Of a stretch of 64,000 nt of DNA, positions 27,872 to 40,631 are shown in pieces; position 1 is the stretch's first letter, and every line of letters begins with the position of its first letter. The DNA lies in NCBI GenBank assembly GCA_963714105.1, contig OY970233.1, positions 2,438,676 to 2,502,675 of the forward strand. The letters are read 5' to 3'. The DNA comes from an uncultured Actinomycetes bacterium (GTDB lineage: Bacteria > Actinomycetota > Acidimicrobiia > IMCC26256 > PALSA-555). The position numbers were made by a program, and so were the translations under genes. Below the pieces are notes generated by a model. It saw only the letters and a list, made by a program, of their open reading frames with translations, did not search any database and had not been told where the DNA came from.

Positions 27872-28723
27872 ATGCCGTGGCGGTTTCGGCTCGGTGAGCG
27901 GGTCCACGACCTGACGAGTCGCACCCTCGTCATGGGGGTCCTGAACCGCACCCCCGACTCGTTCTACGACCGCGGCGCGACGTTCGCCCTCGACACCCTC
28001 GTCGAGCGGGGCCTCGCGCTCGTCGCCGACGGTGCCGACATCCTCGACGTCGGTGGCGTCAAGGCCGGGCCCGGCCCCGAGGTCAGCGAAGCCGAGGAGC
28101 TCGACCGGGTCCTGCCCGCGCTGGAGGCCCTCGCCGCCACCGTCGCCGTGCCCCTCTCGGTCGACACCTGGCGGGCCTCGGTGCTCGACGCGGCCTGCCA
28201 CGCCGGCGCGGTGATCGGCAACGACATCAGCGGCTTCGCCGACCCCGACTACCTCGCGGTCGCGGCCGGCCATCACGCGTCCGTGGTCGCCACCCACATC
28301 CGGCTCCGCCCCCGCGTCCCCGACCCCGAGCCGGTCTACACCGACCTCGTCGGCGACGTCCGGGCCTTCCTCCTCGACCGGGCCGGGCAGGCCCAGGCCG
28401 CCGGTCTCGACCCCGAGCGGATCGCCCTCGACGCCGGCCTCGACCTCGGCAAGACCCCGGCGATGAGCGCGGTGCTCCTACGGGAGAGCGAAACCTTGAG
28501 CCGGCTCGGGTACACGCTGCTCCTCTCCGCCTCCAACAAGCGGTTCCTCGGCGAGCTGCTCGGCCTCGACATCAACGACCGCCGCGACGTGTCCTTGGCC
28601 GCCGCCGCGTACGGCGTCGCCCACGGGTGCCGCATCATCCGGGTCCACGACGTCGCCGGCACCGTCCGGGTCTGCCGCACCCTCGACGCGATCCTCTCCG
28701 AACGACCCGTCGGGGTCCGATGA
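27872..28723 (+). CDS. folP: Dihydropteroate synthase
   Basis: LVMGVLNRTPDSF, ADILDVGG, SVDT, NDISG, SASNKRFLG and RVHDV motifs. The start at ATG 27872 is preferred over 27818. Confidence 0.85.
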   Translation: MPWRFRLGERVHDLTSRTLVMGVLNRTPDSFYDRGATFALDTLVERGLALVADGADILDVGGVKAGPGPEVSEAEELDRVLPALEALAATVAVPLSVDTWRASVLDAACHAGAVIGNDISGFADPDYLAVAAGHHASVVATHIRLRPRVPDPEPVYTDLVGDVRAFLLDRAGQAQAAGLDPERIALDAGLDLGKTPAMSAVLLRESETLSRLGYTLLLSASNKRFLGELLGLDINDRRDVSLAAAAYGVAHGCRIIRVHDVAGTVRVCRTLDAILSERPVGVR

Positions 28724-29772
28724 GCGTGCACCTGGTCACCGGCACCGACCCGGTGCTGCGCGACGACGCCGCGTCGCGGCTGATCGGCGACCTGCTCGCC
28801 GGCGAGGACCGCACCCTCGCGGTCGAAGAGCACACCGTCCCCGGCCGAGGCGAAGGCGACACCGCGAGCGAGGGTCGCGACGACGTCGTCGACGCGATCG
28901 TGAACGCCGCGAGCAGCCCCCCGTTCATGACCGCACGCCGCGTGGTCGTGGTCCGCGACGTCGGGAACTTGCGTGCCGGCGACCTGGCGCCCCTCATCGC
29001 GTTCCTCGACGACCCGCTCGACACGACCGAGCTCCTCCTCGTCGCCGGCGGGGGCAAGACGCCCCTCGAGCTCGAGAAGCGGGCCCGGGCCGTCGGTGAC
29101 GTCACCGCGCCCACCTCGGAGCGCAGCGCCGACGTCCTCGCCGCCGAGCTCGACGCCGCCGACCTGCGCCTGACCGCGGCCGCCCAGGACGCGATCCGTG
29201 CCCACGTCGGCGAGGACGCCGGGCTGCTCCCCGGCCTGGTGGAGACCCTCGCCGGCGTCCACGGCCGAGACGCGCAGCTCGACGTCGACGCGGTGGAGCC
29301 GTACCTCGGCGAGGCCGGCACGATCCCGGTCTGGGATCTCACCAACGCGGTCGAGCGGGGCGACATCCCGGGCGCGTTGACGACCGTCCGACGACTCCTC
29401 ACCGTGACCAGCCCCCGTCAGCCTCGCCCCATGCACCCGCTGCAGGTCCTGGGGCTGCTGCACGGCCACTACCGGCGGCTGCTGCGCCTCGACGACCCCC
29501 GGGTCCGCACCAACGAGGACGCCGCCGCCGCGCTCGGCGGCCGGACCAGCCCCCGCGCCGCGGGGTTCCGGCTCCGCCAGACCCGCGCGCTCGGCACCGA
29601 GGGGCTGCGACGAGCGTTCGACCTCATCGCCCAGGGCGACCTCGACCTCAAAGGCGCGCGGGCGATCCCGGAAGCCGTCGTGGTGGAGCTGCTCGTCGCC
29701 CGGCTCGCCGCGCTCGGCGGCGGCCGTCGGCCGGGGACTAGCTCCCGGCGCCCTTCGCGGTCCGCTTCATGA
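28720..29772 (+). CDS. holA: DNA polymerase III delta subunit
   Basis: MSVHLVTGTDPVLRDDAASRLI..., about 350 aa. The ATGA overlaps the folP stop. The 3' end overlaps convergent rpsT by about 35 nt. Confidence 0.75.
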   Translation: MSVHLVTGTDPVLRDDAASRLIGDLLAGEDRTLAVEEHTVPGRGEGDTASEGRDDVVDAIVNAASSPPFMTARRVVVVRDVGNLRAGDLAPLIAFLDDPLDTTELLLVAGGGKTPLELEKRARAVGDVTAPTSERSADVLAAELDAADLRLTAAAQDAIRAHVGEDAGLLPGLVETLAGVHGRDAQLDVDAVEPYLGEAGTIPVWDLTNAVERGDIPGALTTVRRLLTVTSPRQPRPMHPLQVLGLLHGHYRRLLRLDDPRVRTNEDAAAALGGRTSPRAAGFRLRQTRALGTEGLRRAFDLIAQGDLDLKGARAIPEAVVVELLVARLAALGGGRRPGTSSRRPSRSAS

Positions 29773-30004
29773 GCCGCGACGTACGTCGGGCTGCCTGCCG
29801 CGGATGGATGCGACCGTTCGCGCCGGCCTTCCCGAGCCGCTTCTGCGCGGCGCGCACGAGCTCGTCCGTCTCCGGTGCCCCGTCCTCGGCGGCGATCGTC
29901 GCCGCCTTCACGCGGGTCTTGAGCTCGGTGCGGACCCCGAGGTTGCGCTGACGGCGCCGCTCGTTCTGGCGGTTCCGTTTGATCTGGCCCTTGATGTTCG
30001 CCAC
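29738..30004 (-). CDS. rpsT: 30S ribosomal protein S20
   Basis: (V)ANIKGQIKRNRQNERRRQRNLGVRTELKT... The GTG start is at 30004. Confidence 0.9.
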   Translation of the reverse strand: MANIKGQIKRNRQNERRRQRNLGVRTELKTRVKAATIAAEDGAPETDELVRAAQKRLGKAGANGRIHPRQAARRTSRLMKRTAKGAGS

Positions 30005-30139
30005 CGCGCGTCGCGTCCTGCTCGAAGGTTGACCGGAAGGCACCCAGGCTAGCAGTCGACCCCCGCGACGCTCCCCCCGGCCCCGGGGGGATCCCCGTCG
30101 ACCACCGCGGCGGTCCGTGTCGTGTCGTGAGCGGCCCCG

Positions 30140-32007
<1,868 letters not shown>

Positions 32008-32011
<4 letters not shown>

Positions 32012-33199
32012 CCATGGACTCCACCGTCGCCACCCTCACCGCAACCCGCGAGCCGGCCGATCCCGCCGCGCCGCTCGGCGTGTACGTCCACATCCCGTTC
32101 TGCGCGACCCGCTGCGACTACTGCGACTTCGCGACCTGGACCGACCGGGACACGCTGATCGACGACTACGTGGACGCCTGCGTCACCGACCTGACCCGCC
32201 GGGTCGACAGTGGGGAGCTGCGCCCGGCGACCACCGTCTTCTTCGGCGGCGGGACACCATCCCTGCTCAGCGCACCCGCGCTGCTGCGCATCCTCGACGC
32301 GATCCCACGGGTCCCCGACGCCGAGGTCACCGTCGAATGCAACCCCGACAGCGTCGACGCGCGCGAAGCTGGGCGCGTACCGGGCCGGTGGCGTCACCCG
32401 CGTCTCGTTCGGTGTCCAGTCGTTCCGACCCCACGTGCTCGCCGCGCTCGGCCGCACCCACGACCCCGACGCGGTCACCCGGGCGGTGACCGCCGCCCGC
32501 GGCGAGGGGTTCGAGCGCTTCAACCTCGACCTCATCTACGGGACGGTGGGGGAGTCACTCGACGACTGGCGGGCCACCGTCGACGCCGCGCTCGCGCTCG
32601 ACCCGCCGCACCTGAGCGCGTACGCGTTGACCGTCGAGGCGGCCACCCCGCTCGGCCGCCGCGTCGCCGCGGGCGTCACCCCACCCCCCGACGACGACGA
32701 CCAGGCCACCAAGTACGAGCTCGCCGACGCCGCGTTCCGCGCCGCCGGACTCGAGTGGTACGAGATCTCGAACTGGGCCCGCCCCGGCCAGGCCTGCCGC
32801 CAGCACCTCCTCTACTGGAGCCAAGGCGACTACCTCGGCATCGGCTGCGCCGCCCACGGCCACCGCGACGGTGTGCGCACCTGGAACGTCCGCACCCCCG
32901 AGCGGTACTGCGAGCGGATCACCGCCGGCGCCACACCGGTCGCCGGCGGCGAGGACCTCGACCCGGTCACCCGCGCCGACGAGGCCCTCACGCTGGCGCT
33001 CCGCACCCGGGCCGGCATCCCCGTCCCGGCCCACCCCGGCGCCGCCCGCGAGGTCACCGACCTCCAAGCCGCCGGGCTCCTCGAACCCGGCGGCGCCGGC
33101 GTGGTCCTCACCCGCCGGGGCCGGCTCCTCGCCACTGAGGTCACGGTCCGTGTCCTCACCGCTCTCGAAGGAACCCGCCCCCCGGCTGGCACTCGGTAG
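32008..33199 (+). CDS. hemW: Radical SAM heme chaperone HemW / HemN-like (one apparent frameshift near 32358)
   Basis: The cluster motif is [14 protein letters not shown]. The frame changes between ..ECNPDSVDA and [21 protein letters not shown]. Confidence 0.8.
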
Positions 33200-33212
33200 G
33201 ATTGAGTGCCAG
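33186..33212 (+). promoter_or_regulatory. CIRCE operator (HrcA binding site)
   Basis: A perfect inverted repeat CTGGCACTC-N9-GAGTGCCAG, compared with the consensus TTAGCACTC-N9-GAGTGCTAA. It spans the hemW stop and lies 33 nt upstream of hrcA. Confidence 0.8.
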
Positions 33213-33244
33213 ACCCCCTCCCCGGCGGACGAGCGGAACTGGCC

Positions 33245-34274
33245 ATGGACCACCCCGAAATCAGTCGAGCTCGACGAACGCAAAGCCGCCATCCTCCGCG
33301 CCGTCGTCGAGGAGTACGTCGAGACCGCCCAGCCCGTCGGATCCCAGACCATCGCCCGCTCCAGCGACCTCGCCGTGTCGAGCGCGACGGTCCGCAACGA
33401 GATGACGATCCTCGAACGAGACGGCTACCTCGTCCAGCCCCACACCTCGGCCGGGCGGGTCCCGACCGACCGCGGCTACCGCTACTTCGTCGACCACTTC
33501 TCCCGCGCCGGCACGCTCCCCGCCGGGCAGCGTCGCGCCGTCTCCCAGTTCTTCGCGTCCGCGCACCAAGCCCTCGAAGACCTCCTCACCGAGACCAGCC
33601 ACCTCCTCGCCCGGGTCAGCCACCACGCCGCGCTCATCATGGGACCCGAACCCGACGCGGCGCAGGTCCGCAGCGTGCAGCTCGTCCCGCTCCAACCCGG
33701 CGTCGCGCTGCTCGTCGTCGTCCTCTCCACCGGCGCGGTGCGCCGCGAGGTCGTACAGCTCGCCGTCGAAGCCGACGAAGACGTCGTCACCAGCGCCGGC
33801 GCCGCGCTCGACACCCAGCTCCGCGACCACGAATGGTCCGGTCTGCCCGCCGTGCCCCGCACCGGCGACCATCACGTCGACACGATCGTGGCCCTCGCTC
33901 ACGAGGCGCTGCAGCACGCCGCGACCGCCGACCACGACGAGCCGCTCTACGTCGGCGGGGCCAGCCGTCTCGCCGCCGAGCAGGACGCGTTCACCACCGC
34001 GGAGCGCACCGCCCGGCTCCTCGAGGTGCTCGAACACCAGGTCGTCGTCGTGTCCCTCGTCCGCGAGCTCCTCGACCGCGGCCTCACCGTCGGCATCGGA
34101 TCCGAGAACCGCCTCGACGAGCTCCGCGACTGCGCCATCGTCCTCGCCCCCTTCGAGGTCGACCAGCGCCCCGCCGGGATCGTCGGGGTCCTCGGCCCCA
34201 CCCGGATGGACTACCGCCACGCCCTCGCCGCGGTGTCCGCGGTGAGCCAACAGCTCGGCCGGCACCTCTCGTGA
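33245..34274 (+). CDS. hrcA: Heat-inducible transcription repressor HrcA (start-proximal frame problem)
   Basis: ..VELDERKAAILRAVVEEYVETAQPVGSQTIA...SSATVRNEM.. The only nearby ATG (33245) is in another frame, so a 1-nt indel within the first ~8 codons is implied. Confidence 0.85.
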
Positions 34275-35374
34275 GCCGCGACTGCTACGAGGTCCTCGGC
34301 GTCACCCGCGACGCCACCGACGACGACATCAAGCGCGCGTACCGCGACCTCGCCCGCCGCTACCACCCCGACTCGAACCCCGACGCCCCGAACGCCGAGG
34401 AGCGGTTCAAGGAGATCAGCGTCGCCTACGAGACCCTCCGCGACCCGGAACGACGTCGCCGCTACGACCTCTTCGGTGACACCGGCGCCGGCGCCCAGCC
34501 CGGCGCGGAGGCGTTCGGGTTCGGTGACCTCTTCGACGCCTTCTTCGGCGGCGACCCCTTCGGTGGCCGGCGGGGACCGGCCGGGCCGGCCCGCGGCGCC
34601 GACGCCGAAGTCGTCGTCGAGCTCACCCTCGCCGAGGCCATGTTCGGCACCACCCACACCATCGAGGCGTCCCTCCCGGTCGGCTGCCCCCGCTGCCAAG
34701 GGTCCGGCTGCGAACCCGGCACCCACCCGAGCCGCTGCGACGTCTGCGGCGGCACCGGCGAGGTCCGCCAGGTCCGCCGATCCATCCTCGGCCAGATCGT
34801 CACCGCGTCACCCTGCGGAGTGTGCGAAGGCACCGGCCGGCGCATCCTCACCCAATGTCGAGACTGCCGCGGCGACGGACGCGTCCGCGCTCAACGCGCG
34901 ATCGACGTCGAGGTACCCGCCGGCGTCGACGACGGGCAACGCCTCCGCCTCGCCGGCCGCGGCCCCGCCGCTCCCCGCGGCGGCGTCCCCGGCGACCTCT
35001 ACGTCAGCGTCCGGGTCGCCAAGCACCCCGACTTCGAACGTCGCGGCGACGACCTCATCCACGTCCGCCAGATCTCCGCCGCGCAAGCCACCCTCGGTGC
35101 GCACCTCCTCATCGCCGGTCTCGACGCGGAGCACGAGGTCGCCGTCCCGGCCGGCACGCAACCCGGCCAGGTGTTCCGCGTCAAGCACGCCGGGATCCCG
35201 TCGCTTCGCGGTCGCGGCCGCGGTGACCTCCTCGTCCGCGTCGACGTCGACGTCCCCACCCGCCTCACCGACGAAGAAGCCGAGCTCTGGCATCGCCTCG
35301 CCGAGCTCCGCGGTGACGAGATCGCCCCGCCCGAGAAGGGCGTCATGTCCCGGCTGCGCTCCGCGTTCCAGTAG
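34271..35374 (+). CDS. dnaJ: Molecular chaperone DnaJ
   Basis: J domain with HPD (YEVLGV...RRYHPDSNP), a G/F region and four CxxCxGxG zinc motifs. The GTGA overlaps the hrcA stop. Confidence 0.9.
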   Translation: MSRDCYEVLGVTRDATDDDIKRAYRDLARRYHPDSNPDAPNAEERFKEISVAYETLRDPERRRRYDLFGDTGAGAQPGAEAFGFGDLFDAFFGGDPFGGRRGPAGPARGADAEVVVELTLAEAMFGTTHTIEASLPVGCPRCQGSGCEPGTHPSRCDVCGGTGEVRQVRRSILGQIVTASPCGVCEGTGRRILTQCRDCRGDGRVRAQRAIDVEVPAGVDDGQRLRLAGRGPAAPRGGVPGDLYVSVRVAKHPDFERRGDDLIHVRQISAAQATLGAHLLIAGLDAEHEVAVPAGTQPGQVFRVKHAGIPSLRGRGRGDLLVRVDVDVPTRLTDEEAELWHRLAELRGDEIAPPEKGVMSRLRSAFQ

Positions 35375-35382
35375 ACTCCGCG

Positions 35383-36140
35383 ATGGGCGCCTCGGGCTGG
35401 TGCGCCGACGCCAACGCGGTCGCGCACCTCTTCGTCCCCGACCTCGACGACGAGCTCATCGTCGCCGGCGCCGACGGGCACCACCTGCAACGCGTCCGGC
35501 GCCTCCACGCCGGCGAAGCGGTCACCGCCGCCGACCCCCACGCCCGCTGGCGGCGCTATCACATCGTCGACGCCCGCGATGGCCGGCTGACCCTCGTCGC
35601 CACCGGGCCGCACACCGAGGAACCGACCCTCCACCCCGGCCTCCGGGTCGCGTTCGCGCCCACCAAGGGCCACCACCCCGACCTCGTCGTCCGCCAGTGC
35701 AGCGAGCTCGGTGTCGACGCGGTCGTCCCCGTCGTCGCGGCACGCTCCGTGGTCCGCTGGGACCACCGAGACCGACCGCCCCCTCGACCGGCTCCGACCG
35801 CGTCGCCCGACGAATCCGCGGTGCAGTGCCACCGGGCCCGCCTCCTCACGGTCGAGGGCGCCCGTCCCCCTCACCCGCCTCGCCGGCGCCCCCGGCCTCG
35901 TCGTCGCCGACCGGACCGGGCCGGCCCGCCGACCGGCTCCCCGAGCCGACCGGCGGGACCTGGCTCCTCGTCGTCGGCCCCGAAGGCGGCCTCGACCCCG
36001 CCGAGCTCGACCACCCTTCGGACCGGCGCCCCGCCTGGCCATCGGACCCCATGTCCTGCGGGCCGAGACCGCCGCCGACCGCCGGTGCCGCCGCCCTCAC
36101 CGGCCGCCGCCACCCCAGCCCAGTCGACCACCCTGAGTGA
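35383..36140 (+). pseudogene. rsmE: 16S rRNA (uracil1498-N3)-methyltransferase RsmE, at least four apparent frameshifts
   Basis: The N-terminal 125 aa are intact (HLFVPDL...GHHLQRVRRLHAGE...). The C-terminal pieces (ESAVQCHRARL, PVPLTRLAGAPGLVVADRTG, LPEPTGGTWLLVVGPEGGLDPAELD, PRLAIGPHVLRAETAA, AAALTGRR) alternate among all three frames. Confidence 0.7.
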
Positions 36141-36773
36141 CGGTTCGGGCCCGCCCCTGATAACGTCATCCGTCACCGGGCAACCACTGGGCGGTGTCGG
36201 GGCAAGGGCGAGGCTGGGGAGCACGTCGTGAGCAGCCTGGAAAGTCGGGCCAGTATCCAGACTCGGGGAGCGCCTCCGGGCGATCCGACGCCAGCAGGGC
36301 CTTTCCCTCCACGACGTCGAAGCCCGCTCGGGCCAGGAGTTCAAGGCCTCCGTCCTGGGCGCCTACGAGCGGGGGGAGCGGGCCCTCTCCGTCAGCCGGC
36401 TCCTGCGCCTCGCTGAGCTCTACGACGTGCCCTCGGGCCAGCTGCTGCCCCGAGGCGCCGACATCGAGATCGACCTCACCCACGGGGCCGAGGACGGCGC
36501 TGCCCTCACCATCGACCTGGTCCGCCTCAACCAGCTCGAGGAACCCGACGCCGAGGTCCTGGCCCGCTACGCGGCGACGATCCAGCTCCAACGCCAGGAC
36601 TTCAACGGCAGGATGCTCACCATCCGCCGCGACGACGTGCGCGTCCTCGCCGCGGTCCTCGGCCGCAGCCCCGACGACCTCGGCACCCGGCTCAACCAGC
36701 TCGGGTCTGCTGGTCGGCAGCTGAGCCAGACGAACGGCGGCGCCGCGCCTCGGCGCTACGCTGCCGCGCTGAG

Positions 36774-37726
<953 letters not shown>

Positions 37727-37730
<4 letters not shown>

Positions 37731-38297
37731 CCCCTGGCCCACCATCGCCCGGGGCCTCCGGCGTGAGCCCGGTCGCGCCGGTCCAGGTGAGCGGCTTCGA
37801 CGAGCAGCACGCCGTCGCCGTCGACGTCGCCCGCTGGGTCCGCCTCGCCCAGCTCGTCCTCCGCGAGGAACGGGTCGACACCGACGCCGAGGTCGGGTTG
37901 ATCTTCGTCGACGAGCAGGCGATCACCGACCTCAACGGCCGCTACCTCGACGGCGACGGACCGACCGACGTGCTCGCCTTCCCCATCGACGAGGGTGGCA
38001 GCACCCCGGGCACGCGACCCCGACGAAGGCGGCCGCGGGCCCGGCTCACCCGTCGACGCCGGCGAACCACCTGTCGTGCTCGGCGACGTCGTCGTCTGCC
38101 CGGGCGTCGCCGCCGGGAACGCCGCCAGCCGAGGCCAGAGCCTCGACGACGAGCTCGCGCTCCTCGTCGTGCACGGCGTGCTCCACCTCCTCGAGTACGA
38201 CCACGCCGAACCTGCCGACGCGGAGCGGATGCAACGCCGCGAACGGGAGCTGCTCGCCCGCTTCGCGACGCTCGAGCGAGACGAGCACCCGACATGA
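37727..38297 (+). CDS. ybeY: rRNA maturation RNase YbeY (one apparent frameshift near 38010)
   Basis: ..[10 protein letters not shown].. lies in one frame and ..LGDVVVCPG...[16 protein letters not shown] (the HxxxHxxxxxH zinc motif) in another. The GTGA overlaps the phoH stop. Confidence 0.8.
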
Positions 38298-39599
38298 GCT
38301 CCACCGACTGGATCCTGCTCGGCGTCATCGTCTTGCTGTTCCTGTGCTCGATCGTCCTCGCCTTGTCCGAGATGGCGTTCAGCCGCATGAACCGGATCCG
38401 TGCCCTCACCCTCGAAGAGGAAGGCCGGCGCGGCGCGGCCCGGCTCGCCCGGATGCTCGAACACCCCGAGCGGACCATCAACTCGCTGCTCCTCCTCGTC
38501 CTCGTCGCCCAGCTGACCAGCGCCAGCCTCATCGGCATCGTCCTCGAGCGGCAGTTCGGCGCGATCGGCGTGCTCCTCGGCCTCGTCGTCCAGGTCGTGC
38601 TGTTCTTCGTGATCGGCGAAGCCGCCCCGAAGACCTACGCCATCCAGCACACCGACCGGGCCGCGCTCCGCGTCGTCCGGGTTCCTCTGGGCGATCACCA
38701 CCTTCCCGCCGCTACGAGCCCTGTCCCGCCTCCTCATCCAGCTCGCGAACGCGCTCCTCCCCGGCAAGGGCATCAAGGAGGGCCCGTTCGTCACCGAAGA
38801 GGACCTGCGGACCATGGCCGACGTCGCCGCCGACGAGGAGGTCATCGAACGCGAGGAACGTCGCCTCATCCACTCCATCTTCGAGTTCGGCGACACCGTC
38901 GTCCGTGAGGTCATGGTGCCCCGCCCCGACATGGTCGCGATCGAAGCCGACGCGACGATCGAAGAGGCCATCGAGCGGGCCATCGAAGGCGGTTTCTCGC
39001 GCCTACCCGCCTACGAGGACACCACCGACAACATCGTCGGGCTCGTCTACCTCAAAGACCTCGTGCAACGGGCCCGCGCCGGCGCCGGAGCCCACCGGGT
39101 CCGCGAGGCGCTCCGCCCGGCCGTGTTCGTCCCCGAGCAGAAGCGGGTCGCCGAGCTGCTCCGCGACATGCAGAGCCAGCAGTTCCACATGGCGATCGTC
39201 GTCGACGAGTACGGCGGCACCGCCGGGATCGTCACCCTCGAAGACCTCCTCGAGGAGATCGTCGGTGAGATCACCGACGAATACGACGTCGAAACCCCAG
39301 GCGTCGAGCACCTCCCCGACGGTTCCCTGCGCGTCCCCGGCGGCCTCTCCATCGACGAGCTCAGCGAGGAGCTCGGCGTCGAGCTGCCCGACGCCGAATG
39401 GGACACCGTCGGCGGTCTCGTGTTCAACCTCCTCGGCCACGTCCCCGAGGAAGGCGAGACCGTCCGCTTCCAGGAGTGCGAGTTCCGCACCGAACGGGTC
39501 CAAGGCCGGCGGATCGTCTCCGTGCGGATCCGACCCGACACCTCCCACCGCGACGAATCGTCACCCGCCGGCGCGGTCGACCGCGCCCCGCCGCGCTGA
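38294..39599 (+). CDS. Hemolysin/CorC-family protein (DUF21 + CBS pair + CorC_HlyC), one apparent frameshift near 38680
   Basis: The DUF21 TM region ([16 protein letters not shown]...) is in frame 2. The CBS and CorC_HlyC parts ([12 protein letters not shown]...[26 protein letters not shown]) are in frame 0. Confidence 0.8.
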
Positions 39600-39603
39600 T
39601 CGC

Positions 39604-40509
39604 GTGCCCGAATTCCGATCCGGGTTCGCCACCCTCGTCGGGCGACCCAACGTCGGCAAGTCCACCCTCGTGAACGCCCTCGTCGGCGCCAAGGTCACCA
39701 TCACCTCCCCGCGTCCCCAGACCACCCGCACCACCGTCCGCGGCGTGCGCGACACCCCCACCAGCCAGCTCGTCCTCCTCGACACCCCCGGCCTCCACCG
39801 GCCCCGCACCGAGCTCGGGGCCCGCACCAACGCGCACGCCCACGCCGCGCTCGCCGACGTCGACGTGATCGGCCTCGTCGTCGAAGCCAGCGCCCCGATC
39901 GGCCCCGGGGACCGCTACATCGCCGACGCTGTCCACGCCGTCGACACCCCCGCCGTGCTCGTGCTGAACAAGACCGACGCCGCCTCGCCCGCCCAGATCG
40001 CCGCGCACCTCGCCGACGCCCAGGAGCGCCTCGGCGACTTCGCCGCCTACATCCCCTGCTCCGCCCGCACCCGCGACCACATCCCGGTCCTCGCCGCCGA
40101 GCTCGAAGCCCACCTTGACGCCGGCCCCCGCTACTACCCCGAAGGGACCGTCACCGACCAGCCCGAGACGTTCCTCGCCGCGGAGCTGGTCCGAGAACAG
40201 CTCCTCGCCGTCGCCCGCGACGAGCTGCCCCACTCCATCGCCGTCACCGTCGAGGAGCTCGAACCCGACCCCGACGACCCCGCCGCCGCCCCCGACGTGC
40301 TCCGCCTCGCCGTCGACATCCGGGTCGAACGGGACTCCCAGAAGGGGATCGTCATCGGCCGGCGGGGCGCCACCCTCGAAGCCGCGGTCACCGCCGCCCG
40401 CCAGGAACTCGAGGCCCTCCTCGGCACCCGGGTGTACCTGCGGAGCCGCGTCCGGGTCGACCGGGACTGGCAGCGCCGCCCCGACGCGCTCGACCGGCTC
40501 GGGCTCTGA
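39604..40509 (+). CDS. era: GTPase Era
   Basis: FRSGFATLVGRPNVGKSTL, DTPG and NKTD motifs with a C-terminal KH domain. The GTG start is at 39604, at the end of the artefactual ORF 37666..40509. Confidence 0.9.
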   Translation: MPEFRSGFATLVGRPNVGKSTLVNALVGAKVTITSPRPQTTRTTVRGVRDTPTSQLVLLDTPGLHRPRTELGARTNAHAHAALADVDVIGLVVEASAPIGPGDRYIADAVHAVDTPAVLVLNKTDAASPAQIAAHLADAQERLGDFAAYIPCSARTRDHIPVLAAELEAHLDAGPRYYPEGTVTDQPETFLAAELVREQLLAVARDELPHSIAVTVEELEPDPDDPAAAPDVLRLAVDIRVERDSQKGIVIGRRGATLEAAVTAARQELEALLGTRVYLRSRVRVDRDWQRRPDALDRLGL

Positions 40510-40631
40510 CCAGCCGCGACGCGAGCCACAAGTTGCCCGCCTCAGATCACCCGGGGATAGATTGCGCCAGGGGAGCCGATCCGGCGCCCATGCCACGCGG
40601 AACCCACAGACCGGGAAGCGTCCACAGAGGC

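Noticed and set aside
30005-30139. Palindrome TCCCCCCGGCCCCGGGGGGA as a terminator between rpsT and lepA
   Set aside because: The two genes are divergent, so this is a promoter region rather than a 3' end. The loop would be too short unless the inner pairs open. It is recorded only as a GC palindrome of unknown relevance.
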